A DNA stretch of 64,000 nt from sequence record PP400782. One strand, given 5' to 3'. The notes under the pieces were generated by a model, which was not told the DNA's origin, made no database searches, and saw nothing but the letters and a program-made list of their open reading frames with translations. Of this stretch, positions 33,328 to 41,932 are shown piece after piece; within the stretch, counting starts at the first letter, position 1, and every line of letters begins with the position of its first letter. Source of the DNA: Escherichia phage FL31. The translations under genes and the position numbers were made by a program.

Positions 33328-33782
33328 AAAGAGTCTCTTAATAGGTTTAACACGTCAATAAATTCATCTTCAGTTAGTATTGTATCATCTTTTGTTAGGT
33401 GGCTGGCCATGCTGTGCTTCAAAATTTTTCCTTTAGAGGCTTGTAAGGCATCACGAAACCCCTTGTTTTGGATCGCGGCTTCAAAATATGCATTTGTGTA
33501 TAATTCTTTCCACGCTTCAGAGTATCTTGAAAATGGAACTCCTAACCAGAAGAGAGTCCCACGGTCCTGAGCTCTTGCGTAAGACCTTCCAGCTTGCTGT
33601 GCAGCCAATCCAGACAACCCAAATATACGTCTTTGTTGTTCAACATTTTTCACCTTACATCCTTGGAGAAATCCTTCAAGACCTCCGAATTGAATACCAT
33701 CCATAACAAAAGGCCATTGAGCAAAGTTACTTAATGCACATGATGGCCATTTGAAATTACTTCTTATTTCTAATTCAGACAT
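33324..33782 (-). CDS. hypothetical protein (152 aa from first ATG; T4 30.3 position)
   Basis: The track start at 33791 is GTG; first ATG is codon 4. Confidence 0.5.
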   Translation of the reverse strand: MSELEIRSNFKWPSCALSNFAQWPFVMDGIQFGGLEGFLQGCKVKNVEQQRRIFGLSGLAAQQAGRSYARAQDRGTLFWLGVPFSRYSEAWKELYTNAYFEAAIQNKGFRDALQASKGKILKHSMASHLTKDDTILTEDEFIDVLNLLRDSL

Positions 33783-33993
33783 CTTTAACACTTATAATTT
33801 CAACATCAGCCCAATGACCGTATCCAGGTATACGGTCTTCGATAGATAAATTTCTGTCATTTTTAGGCATTTTAATTGACGTAACGTATGGTTCTAAACG
33901 GTTTTCCGCGTAATATGGAAAAACGTCGGTTACACGATAAGTAACTTCAATCATTTCCGTACCAAACAATTTCTGCATCAGTTTCTTAAACAT
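33775..33993 (-). CDS. hypothetical protein (72 aa)
   Basis: ATG start; tandem early-gene array. Confidence 0.45.
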   Translation of the reverse strand: MFKKLMQKLFGTEMIEVTYRVTDVFPYYAENRLEPYVTSIKMPKNDRNLSIEDRIPGYGHWADVEIISVKDV

Positions 33994-33994
33994 A

Positions 33995-34189
33995 TTATCC
34001 TCGCTTTAAACATTTGATTACAGACAGTTCTTGGCTCATGCGGACGTCTTCAGTTCCATCAACCCACAGGACTGCATAGGCTTCTTTAATTAAATTACCG
34101 TTAATTTTAAAAGCAGGTAAAACCTTTGAAATCATTCCGGGGATACCTATACCTTTTAACTGGACAGTTTGTGATAAGAATAGTTGCAT
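33995..34189 (-). CDS. hypothetical protein (64 aa)
   Basis: ATG overlaps the upstream stop as TAATG. Confidence 0.45.
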   Translation of the reverse strand: MQLFLSQTVQLKGIGIPGMISKVLPAFKINGNLIKEAYAVLWVDGTEDVRMSQELSVIKCLKRG

Positions 34190-34476
34190 TAGAACCTCAT
34201 CTGAAATCCGTGTGATTTAACATTACCGCCATAGATGTCAGAGGTATTGACTTCACGAGCGTCGCTAGGGTCGATGTTAATATCATGGTTGAGCTTAGTG
34301 ATTGCTAGGGTGTCACGACCATTGACTGTACGGAATTCTACTGGACAAACCACATCAGCATAAGCCTTAATGGATTCACGGGTGGGCTGTTTGTCGGCAG
34401 GAACATCTTTACCTGCTTTAGAGAAAACAACTTCACAGAAATTTTTACGAGTATCGAAATAAGTGGTCATAAACAT
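34189..34476 (-). CDS. hypothetical protein (95 aa from internal ATG)
   Basis: The track ATG at 34507-34509 is buried in the stem of a C(UUCG)G hairpin; codon 12 ATG at 34474-34476 has a GAGGAAA SD 5 nt upstream. Confidence 0.45.
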   Translation of the reverse strand: MFMTTYFDTRKNFCEVVFSKAGKDVPADKQPTRESIKAYADVVCPVEFRTVNGRDTLAITKLNHDINIDPSDAREVNTSDIYGGNVKSHGFQMRF

Positions 34477-34489
34477 AATATTTTCCTCA

Positions 34490-34509
34490 ATGGAGGCCGA
34501 AGCCTCCAT
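34490..34509 (-). other. C(UUCG)G hairpin between early ORFs
   Basis: Minus-strand AUGGAGGC-UUCG-GCCUCCAU, whose 5' arm contains the AUG used by the ORF track. Confidence 0.5.
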
Positions 34510-34517
34510 TTTTAAGA

Positions 34518-34883
34518 TTAGATATCGAATTCATTCAGAACTACATCAAAGATTGCTTCCAGGTGTTCAGGTTTAGCTCGGTTGCTCAGGATGTGACGAA
34601 TCCAAGTTTTAACCAGAAGCTTACGATTAACACCGTTCCAGCAAGGATGAGTACCTAAATCACGTTGACGGAAATCGTCATCTAATGCAATTTTGAAGTT
34701 GGAACCTTCCATCGTGATTGAAACCGTGATGCCATTTTCAAATCGCATATAAACGTAGTTAGGAGTCATGCACTGTTCGATTTCACAAACTGTACCATTT
34801 TCGTGTTTCCATAAGCAAATAACTTCAGAAGAACCAGCGATACCGTTAGAAACATATTTACGTTCGAAGTTGATGTAGTTCAT
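34518..34883 (-). CDS. hypothetical protein (121 aa)
   Basis: ATG start; early promoter at 34925-34953 just upstream. Confidence 0.5.
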   Translation of the reverse strand: MNYINFERKYVSNGIAGSSEVICLWKHENGTVCEIEQCMTPNYVYMRFENGITVSITMEGSNFKIALDDDFRQRDLGTHPCWNGVNRKLLVKTWIRHILSNRAKPEHLEAIFDVVLNEFDI

Positions 34884-34924
34884 TTTATTCTCCAGATGTT
34901 TAAGTTATTTGTTGGTACAGGACT

Positions 34925-34953
34925 ATAATAACATAACCTGTACCAAAGTAAAC
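34925..34953 (-). promoter_or_regulatory. early promoter
   Basis: Minus strand GTTTAC, 17-nt spacer, TATTAT-AGTC; upstream of the ORF starting at 34883. Confidence 0.55.
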
Positions 34954-34957
34954 ATTT

Positions 34958-35329
34958 TTATTTGATTTTTGTCCACTTAGCTGAATCAATAACACCTTTT
35001 GCTTTAATCTTCTCAATTAATGACTCTGCGCGATTTCTGGCATTTTCGTACCATACAACATCTTCAGAGTAACCAGTTTCTTCATCTTCGTAAGTTTTAG
35101 AACGAATACAGCCATAAACTGTAGAATTCAGACGGTAAATTTCACCAGTGAAAAAGTTTTCGATTTCGATATGATAACAAAAATCGTCTGAAGGGCCGTC
35201 AGGAGTTGTACAATAAACCACATCACCTTGAACTGAACGAACCATCCACTGTAACTCGTTAACAACTTGAGATTTATATCCATCATGGTCACGGCATTTA
35301 ATTGTAGCATTTAAATTGATAGTGTTCAT
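34958..35329 (-). CDS. hypothetical protein (123 aa)
   Basis: ATG start with GGAG SD; early promoter at 35371-35399 upstream. Confidence 0.5.
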   Translation of the reverse strand: MNTINLNATIKCRDHDGYKSQVVNELQWMVRSVQGDVVYCTTPDGPSDDFCYHIEIENFFTGEIYRLNSTVYGCIRSKTYEDEETGYSEDVVWYENARNRAESLIEKIKAKGVIDSAKWTKIK

Positions 35330-35370
35330 TTTATTCTCCGGTTGTTTTATTGATTAGGTGGTACAAGTCT

Positions 35371-35399
35371 ATAGTAACACATCCTACAGGAGAGTAAAC
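35371..35399 (-). promoter_or_regulatory. early promoter
   Basis: Minus strand GTTTAC, 17-nt spacer, TGTGT-TACTAT-AGAC; upstream of the ORF starting at 35329; directly 3' of a C(UUCG)G terminator. Confidence 0.6.
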
Positions 35400-35435
35400 A
35401 TCTTTTTAAACTTTTTCTGCCCTAAACGCACAAAA

Positions 35436-35453
35436 GGGAGACCGAAGTCTCCC
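35436..35453 (-). terminator. terminator after the 59-aa basic protein gene
   Basis: Minus-strand GGGAGAC-UUCG-GUCUCCC followed by UUUUGUGCGUUU; 23-nt identity with the gene 32 terminator. Confidence 0.7.
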
Positions 35454-35458
35454 TAAAA

Positions 35459-35638
35459 TTATGCAACAACCTTTCCAAAACGAGAAGCATCATCTCGAAG
35501 AACTGCACGTGCTCTGCGCATGATCTTCTCAACTGTTTGATTAATACGAGAGTTCGACCCACGCTTGTATCCAGCGCGTTTAGAGGTACCATCAACTTTC
35601 TTTTCAACTGCTTTCTTTGCTTTAGCTTGTTTTGCCAT
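35459..35638 (-). CDS. small highly basic protein (59 aa), absent from the ORF track
   Basis: Hand-translated ATG to TAA, 60 codons: MAKQAKAKKAVEKKVDGTSKRAGYKRGSNSRINQTVEKIMRRARAVLRDDASRFGKVVA; followed on the minus strand by a C(UUCG)G terminator. Confidence 0.45.
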   Translation of the reverse strand: MAKQAKAKKAVEKKVDGTSKRAGYKRGSNSRINQTVEKIMRRARAVLRDDASRFGKVVA

Positions 35639-35902
35639 TATAAATTCTCTTTAAATGAAAATGCAGGACTTATTGACATTGCCTGCGCAAGCCCTCAAGG
35701 GGAACATAGGTTTTGGATATTTAACGACAGGATAACCATAAACCTCGTCATCATACCAACCACGTCTTAGACAGATAACCTTTTTCTGACGCGTGATAGT
35801 ACAAAATACATTCAAGAGGTACACCGTAAAACTGCCGGGGACTTAAAACTATAATGATTCGCAAATCATTAATCAGACAGTTCGACGGCTCCTCGATTTA
35901 AC

Positions 35903-36151
35903 TTACTTTAGGGTAATAACAAAATGACGAACTGCTTTACGTGCGGCAGAAGCCAAAGGCTTAGCATATTTCAGTTCATCTTTTGCTTCCAGTTCAGAGG
36001 CCAAAGCTGCCTGGACCGGGTTCAGATGTTTGAAATATCGCAGGATTTCAAGAGCTTCGGCTTCAACATCGATAGATGCGCCATAGTTTTCGTGACCATT
36101 ATTCCATGCGTTACGTTGCAGTTCAAGAGCGTGTTGTAATTGTTTAATCAT
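35903..36151 (-). CDS. rIII: rIII lysis-inhibition accessory protein
   Basis: 82 aa, the same as T4 rIII; MIKQLQHALELQRNAWNNGHENYGASIDVEAEALEILRYFKHLNP... matches recalled T4 rIII. Confidence 0.8.
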   Translation of the reverse strand: MIKQLQHALELQRNAWNNGHENYGASIDVEAEALEILRYFKHLNPVQAALASELEAKDELKYAKPLASAARKAVRHFVITLK

Positions 36152-36244
36152 TTTAAATTCTCAATTCGAGATAATATTTAGTAACCACGTTTGTCTGAAT
36201 TTCACCTTCTTTCGACAAGTCTCTCAGTTGTAGGCTACCGCTTA

Positions 36245-36260
36245 GAAGAGTGTTCTCTTC
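36245..36260 (-). other. hairpin between gene 31 and rIII
   Basis: GAAGAG-(4 nt)-CUCUUC perfect 6-bp stem, just 3' of the candidate rIII late promoter. Confidence 0.35.
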
Positions 36261-36267
36261 ATATAGT

Positions 36268-36275
36268 TATTTATA
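36268..36275 (-). promoter_or_regulatory. candidate late promoter upstream of rIII
   Basis: Minus-strand TATAAATA abutting the gene 31 stop, about 115 nt upstream of the rIII ATG. Confidence 0.4.
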
Positions 36276-36608
36276 TCACTTATAAAGACACGGAATAGCT
36301 TTATAGTGGCATGTTACGAATTTCTGTTTAATTTCTTTAGGTTGTTTAAGTCCCAAAGCCACAAATGGATGTGGAACATTTCGAATTTGTCCAACCGGTA
36401 GTGGAGTCAAATCACCGACTTCAACAAAACCTTCAGGAACATCAGGACCTACAGAATGAACTACACATAGTTCAGGAACTTCACCTTGAACACGTTTACC
36501 AATCACAAGTCCTGATTCGGTAACTTCTTCATCACCTGCTTGAGCGGGTTCAGAAACCAGAATAACATATTCACCAACAGCACGAATTGGGAGTTGTACT
36601 TCAGACAT
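36276..36608 (-). CDS. 31: gp31 co-chaperonin (GroES analogue for capsid folding)
   Basis: 110 aa (T4 gp31 111 aa), [21 protein letters not shown]...; MotA-box middle promoter upstream. Confidence 0.85.
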   Translation of the reverse strand: MSEVQLPIRAVGEYVILVSEPAQAGDEEVTESGLVIGKRVQGEVPELCVVHSVGPDVPEGFVEVGDLTPLPVGQIRNVPHPFVALGLKQPKEIKQKFVTCHYKAIPCLYK

Positions 36609-36638
36609 CTTATTTCCTTGTTGTTTGACGATAGATTA

Positions 36639-36663
36639 ATAATACCATACTATTCGTAAAGCA
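36639..36663 (-). promoter_or_regulatory. MotA-dependent middle promoter for gene 31
   Basis: Minus strand reads TGCTTTA, 12-nt spacer, TATTAT, about 30 nt upstream of the gene 31 ATG. Confidence 0.55.
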
Positions 36664-36665
36664 TA

Positions 36666-36962
36666 TTACATAAGAAGCAAACGTTCTACCGGAGTACCAT
36701 CAACCGAAATTACTTTATCAAGACGGAAAGAACGCCACTGACCTAACTTGGTATCGAATGCTCGAACTGATTCACGAGGTTCATAACGAACTTCTGTTGC
36801 CGGATTGTTATTTTCATATTTGACTTCAAGTTCATCGCGGGAAGCAAACATAGTACGAACATCACCGTTAGCCTTTTCAAATACAACACAATGAACGCCT
36901 ACAGACAGAATAGTTTTAATACGTTCACGAAGAACCATAGTTTCTTGTTCAGTTAAAATCAT
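36666..36962 (-). CDS. hypothetical protein (98 aa from first ATG; T4 31.1/31.2 region)
   Basis: The track start is GTG overlapping cd; first ATG lies 1 nt after the cd stop. Confidence 0.45.
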   Translation of the reverse strand: MILTEQETMVLRERIKTILSVGVHCVVFEKANGDVRTMFASRDELEVKYENNNPATEVRYEPRESVRAFDTKLGQWRSFRLDKVISVDGTPVERLLLM

Positions 36963-36963
36963 A

Positions 36964-37545
36964 TTATTCACCACAAAAGTTTCGGATTTGTTCCCAATTC
37001 AGAGAACGAAGATTATTACGAGAGTACTGAATTACTTCAATACCAGCTTGTTTAAGAATGTCTGCCCAATTTTCAGGAGACCGGTCATATAATTCTGCAT
37101 ATACAACCTTTTTAATGCCTGACTGTGTGATAGCTTTAGTGCAATCAGGACATGGAGAAAGTGTCGTATACAACGTAGCACCTTCAATAGAATTACCTTT
37201 GCGAGCTGCAAATAAAATTGCATTCAGTTCCGCATGGATTTCGTTATTAGCAGACCATGCACTATGAGCGGCCCGATGTTCTTTAGCCAAAACAAAATTA
37301 TCTGCCCGTCCAAATGCTGTAGTGCCTTCTTTATGACCAACAACGATGACCGGGCTTGGTTTATTCTTCAACCAGCCGTTTTCGGATGCATGTTCGCAAC
37401 AGTTAACGCCACCTGAAGGAGAGCCATTATAACCTGTAGAAATAATGCGTCCATCTTTTTCAATGACTGCGCCAACTTTCCATGAACAACATTTTGATTC
37501 TTGAGAAATCAGATATGCAATCTGAAGGTATGTGCTAGCTTTCAT
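36964..37545 (-). CDS. cd: dCMP deaminase
   Basis: 193 aa; zinc-binding HAELNAI and PCPDC motifs; near-identical to recalled T4 Cd. Confidence 0.95.
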   Translation of the reverse strand: MKASTYLQIAYLISQESKCCSWKVGAVIEKDGRIISTGYNGSPSGGVNCCEHASENGWLKNKPSPVIVVGHKEGTTAFGRADNFVLAKEHRAAHSAWSANNEIHAELNAILFAARKGNSIEGATLYTTLSPCPDCTKAITQSGIKKVVYAELYDRSPENWADILKQAGIEVIQYSRNNLRSLNWEQIRNFCGE

Positions 37546-38537
37546 TATTGAACCTTATTAATATAAGTTAACAGCTCTTTAGTTTGTTCCCAACTGATGC
37601 ACGCATCGGTAACGGAAACGCCATAGGACATATTATCAGAAATTTTTTGATTTCCTTCATGTAGGAATGATTCTATCATAATTCCTTTGACCAAATCATT
37701 AGCTGCTAAATTTTTACCAATACCAATTTGATTGCTATAATGCCCAGCAGCGTTTGCATGGCTACAGTCAACCATTACATAATGATTCAGACCTACTGCC
37801 CTTGCTTTGTTAGAAGCTTCTTGAATATCAGAAGAATGATAGTTCGGACCGTTGGTCCCACCACGCAATACGATATGCGTATTCTGATTACCTTCAGCTT
37901 CAACAATGCCTACAGTACCATCGACGTCCATACCCATATACCGATGAGGCCAGGCGGCACTATACATCGCGTCTGTAGCTACTTTAATAGAACCATTGGT
38001 TGCGTTCTTGAAGCCTACGCACATCGGTAGACCTGAAGCAATTTCACGATGTGTCTGGCTTTCAGTAGTACGGGCGCCAATAGCAACCCATGAGAAAATA
38101 CCAGAAAGATACTTAATCGTGAATGGGTCTAATACTTCAGTTGCTAATGGAAGTCCCATACGTAGAAGTTTACGACACAATGTTCGTGCAACTATAAGAC
38201 CGTGGTTCATATCAAAACTTCCGTCAAGATATGGATCATTTACAAGACCTTTCCAACCTACGGTAGTTCGAGGCTTTTCAAAATAAACGCGCATCACTAA
38301 CAGAACATTAGGAAGACGAGTTTGAAGTTCAGCCAGACGTTTGCCGTATTCAACAGCAGCAATAGGGTCATGAATTGAACAAGGACCTACAACAATAAGT
38401 TTGCGTGGGTCTTCACCGTTCATAATCGAATTAACTTGTTCGCGATGAGAAGCCACTTGTGATGCGTAAGCTTCCGACAAAGGAATAATCTCAGCCAGTT
38501 CTTTTGGAGAAATAAGTTTTCCGACGACAGGTAACAT
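37545..38537 (-). CDS. 3-deoxy-D-arabino-heptulosonate-7-phosphate (DAHP) synthase, class I (AroF/AroG/AroH family)
   Basis: 330 aa; conserved blocks GPCSIHD, MRVYFEKPRTTVGWKGL, AIGARTTESQTHRE, CVGFKN, VLRGG, VDCSHAN, ESFLHEGNQ, YGVSVTDACISWE align by eye with E. coli AroG and AroF over the full length; AAGGA SD; stop overlaps the cd ATG as TAATG. Confidence 0.9.
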   Translation of the reverse strand: MLPVVGKLISPKELAEIIPLSEAYASQVASHREQVNSIMNGEDPRKLIVVGPCSIHDPIAAVEYGKRLAELQTRLPNVLLVMRVYFEKPRTTVGWKGLVNDPYLDGSFDMNHGLIVARTLCRKLLRMGLPLATEVLDPFTIKYLSGIFSWVAIGARTTESQTHREIASGLPMCVGFKNATNGSIKVATDAMYSAAWPHRYMGMDVDGTVGIVEAEGNQNTHIVLRGGTNGPNYHSSDIQEASNKARAVGLNHYVMVDCSHANAAGHYSNQIGIGKNLAANDLVKGIMIESFLHEGNQKISDNMSYGVSVTDACISWEQTKELLTYINKVQ

Positions 38538-38657
38538 AACAATCCTTAGGAGATATAAACAGATTCTGATTCAACAATACCTTTAACCGGATTAGACAGG
38601 CTAAGTTGGTAGTGCTCAGATTTATGACCATTCTCGATAGTAATGAGATAGCTCTCA

Positions 38658-38894
38658 TTATAGTGTTCCATATACTCGAGTTGCTTCAACAAGACCATCA
38701 CTGCCTAATTTAAGATTAGTAATTTGGTCACCATCTTTAGGATTAACGATTATGAGAAAAGAACGTGGAGATTCTTGAATAACTCGTAATGTTGCATCTT
38801 GGAAACGTTCAGACACTTTATTGATGAGTGCTTGAGCAAATTCTTTTACTTTAATCTGAAATTCGTGTACTGTAATTGGGTTTTCACTTAGCAT
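38658..38894 (-). CDS. hypothetical protein (78 aa; cd.x region)
   Basis: ATG with GAGGAAA SD; early promoter at 38921-38950 upstream. Confidence 0.5.
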   Translation of the reverse strand: MLSENPITVHEFQIKVKEFAQALINKVSERFQDATLRVIQESPRSFLIIVNPKDGDQITNLKLGSDGLVEATRVYGTL

Positions 38895-38920
38895 TTCTAT
38901 TTCCTCATTTTGGTAGAGTC

Positions 38921-38950
38921 ATCATATCACAACTCTACGGTGTTGTAAAC
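38921..38950 (-). promoter_or_regulatory. early promoter for the cd.x-DAHP synthase-cd transcription unit
   Basis: Minus strand GTTTAC, 18-nt spacer, TGTGA-TATGAT-GACTC; upstream of the ORF starting at 38894; no promoter found closer to the DAHP synthase gene. Confidence 0.55.
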
Positions 38951-39226
38951 TTAAATTGCAAAACATTTAATTTCTTGTGAATCGAAATCAACTTCGCACT
39001 GAATTACTAGTTCAGCATCAAGTCCAAACACAACAATCACATGAGCCGAGCTGGGCAACAGTGTAACGGACACAGAATCCACTTGGTCAGGCACCAGCGT
39101 ATTCAAAACGTAGAGTAGTTCAGAGTGGATCTTAAGCTCTGTAGCCGTGTCCAGCTTATCAAAGAAATGATTTGCGATAATCTGACTAAAAACGACCTTT
39201 ACAATTTCAGAATATTTAGGGAACAT
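38951..39226 (-). CDS. hypothetical protein (91 aa; cd.x region)
   Basis: ATG start; tandem small early ORF. Confidence 0.45.
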   Translation of the reverse strand: MFPKYSEIVKVVFSQIIANHFFDKLDTATELKIHSELLYVLNTLVPDQVDSVSVTLLPSSAHVIVVFGLDAELVIQCEVDFDSQEIKCFAI

Positions 39227-39233
39227 AATTACC

Positions 39234-39458
39234 TCAGTGTACAGTATTTACTTTAACTCGAACAACAAATTGCTCGGTCGGTTCGCCTACAGGAACAAAC
39301 TCTACATGATATTCACCTTTGTAACGAGTATTCAGATCATTACGAATTCCTGCGAGTTTGTTGATTAATGTAGGACTCATATTAAGTCCCACTAGTTTAC
39401 GAAGCATTTTGTATGCTTCATCTTCGATTTCATGATGTTTATCGTACATAGTTTTCAT
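39234..39458 (-). CDS. hypothetical protein (74 aa; cd.x region)
   Basis: ATG start; tandem small early ORF. Confidence 0.45.
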   Translation of the reverse strand: MKTMYDKHHEIEDEAYKMLRKLVGLNMSPTLINKLAGIRNDLNTRYKGEYHVEFVPVGEPTEQFVVRVKVNTVH

Positions 39459-39629
39459 TTAACCATTCAATTGCCTGGTCGACGTTATCAAATATACCGC
39501 CGTCCAAACGTTCTTCATGCTCATAGTCCAGCACATCAATATCGAACTGTCCATTTACTAAAGGCCAGGCTACAAACAAATATTCTTTATGATGTTCGAT
39601 GGCCTCAATCACTTCATATAATCGTTTCA

Positions 39630-39630
<1 letters not shown>
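39439..39630 (-). CDS. hypothetical acidic protein (63 aa; cd.x region)
   Basis: ATG overlaps the pseT stop. Confidence 0.45.
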
Positions 39631-40716
<1,086 letters not shown>

Positions 40717-40717
<1 letters not shown>

Positions 40718-41016
40718 TATTTTATTCCTAAGAAAGTTTCAAGAATACGAATGTTATGCTCGCGCCGGTCTTTATTAATTTCAGCAACGTTTTTATTAAT
40801 TGACGTACTTCTAACGTTTGAAGAAATAAATTTAATCATATGACTTTTGAGTTGTTGCAAATCCAACCCTTTTTCTTTAGCAGCTTTACGAAGAGCTTTA
40901 CCTGCTTCATCTAGTGCCTTTGCTGCATCTTTGTCATAATTGACAAGTGACATTCCACGGCAGATATCAATATACTCATCAGACCGTTTGATGTAATTCT
41001 CTAGTAATGTTTTCAT
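40717..41016 (-). CDS. hypothetical protein (99 aa)
   Basis: ATG with GAGGAAA SD; its own early promoter at 41045-41074. Confidence 0.5.
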
Positions 41017-41044
41017 CTAGATTTCCTCAATTATCCATAGGAGC

Positions 41045-41074
41045 ATTATACTCTGCTCCCGAGAGTTTGTAAAC
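41045..41074 (-). promoter_or_regulatory. early promoter
   Basis: Minus strand GTTTAC, 18-nt spacer, TATAAT; upstream of the ORF starting at 41016. Confidence 0.55.
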
Positions 41075-41298
41075 TATTTTACTAAAGATTCAATATACTC
41101 ATGAAGAGCTTTAGTAGCTACTGCCCACTTATTCTGATATTCATTTTTCAGATTAGCACGAGACTGAACTAACAAGCTGTCATTAGTCGGAGGCAAAGAT
41201 TCTAATCGTTGAATCTGGCGCCCATAAATCATAGCCGCCATTTCAGATTCATAGATAAGCCCTTTAATGTGTTCAAGCTGTTCTTTAGTCATTGGCAT
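41074..41298 (-). CDS. hypothetical protein (74 aa)
   Basis: ATG start overlapping the o-spanin 3' end. Confidence 0.45.
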   Translation of the reverse strand: MPMTKEQLEHIKGLIYESEMAAMIYGRQIQRLESLPPTNDSLLVQSRANLKNEYQNKWAVATKALHEYIESLVK

Positions 41299-41579
41299 TT
41301 TTCCTCTTTTAAACCACTACGATAATAACATAACATAGTCTTCTGGTCATGTACATATCTTTTTACGTCGTTTAACCAGATACGAAATTCTTGAGAGTCT
41401 TCAAATGGCATTCCAACCCACGGATTACCATCAATAACCTTTACTTGCCATTTCTGGTTGTATTCGGAAATAGGCGTAGGCCATGAAGGATGTAAAGTTT
41501 CTTTAGGGCTTACTGGCACATCCTGGGTACATCCAACTAGGAGACCAATAGATAATACAACTGCGGTTAATTTAATCAT
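41289..41579 (-). CDS. outer-membrane spanin lipoprotein (Rz1-like o-spanin)
   Basis: 96 aa; signal peptide with lipobox LLVGC; Pro-rich mature region; ATGA overlap with the i-spanin stop. Confidence 0.7.
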   Translation of the reverse strand: MIKLTAVVLSIGLLVGCTQDVPVSPKETLHPSWPTPISEYNQKWQVKVIDGNPWVGMPFEDSQEFRIWLNDVKRYVHDQKTMLCYYRSGLKEEKCQ

Positions 41580-41932
41580 TCTGAGAGCTTCCTGAGGTCT
41601 TCTGCAAAGGAATCGAAGGACCTGTTGATTTGTTTTTCGACCAATCCTGGTTTACTTGCCACCACGTTCTTCTTCTTCGAATCCTTACGGAGCTTTTCAT
41701 TTTCAGCCTTAAGTTGGTCAACTAAAACACGGTTCTTATAAGTCATTTCTTCGATTGACTGATATTGAACCTTGAAGTCGTCTAATACTTTAGCATTGTT
41801 TTTAGCAGTCTCTTTTACTGTAGCCAATTCAGTATTCAGCGAATCGACTTTATGGTTCAGAAATGCTATTGTTACAGTAGCAACAACCGCAAAAGCTGCC
41901 ACTACAATATATGATGCATTTACTTTAAGCAT
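41576..41932 (-). CDS. inner-membrane spanin (Rz-like i-spanin)
   Basis: 118 aa; N-terminal transmembrane helix (YIVVAAFAVVATVTIAF) followed by charged coiled-coil; immediately upstream of the o-spanin. Confidence 0.7.
   Translation of the reverse strand: MLKVNASYIVVAAFAVVATVTIAFLNHKVDSLNTELATVKETAKNNAKVLDDFKVQYQSIEEMTYKNRVLVDQLKAENEKLRKDSKKKNVVASKPGLVEKQINRSFDSFAEDLRKLSE

Noticed and set aside
35673-35701. TTGACA hexamer on the plus strand in the 264-bp gap, as a possible sigma-70 promoter
   Set aside because: No acceptable -10 element 16-19 bp downstream and no plus-strand gene to serve.
37545-38537. DAHP synthase as bacterial contamination or chimeric assembly
   Set aside because: The gene has phage-like AT-rich codon usage, a phage-style SD, and its stop overlaps the cd start codon with no flanking host sequence. 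Only raw reads or PCR across both junctions could prove this.
38538-38671. Possible 41-codon minus-strand ORF just upstream of the DAHP synthase gene
   Set aside because: It overlaps the 3' end of the 78-aa ORF in another frame, has no SD, and is more simply explained as chance.
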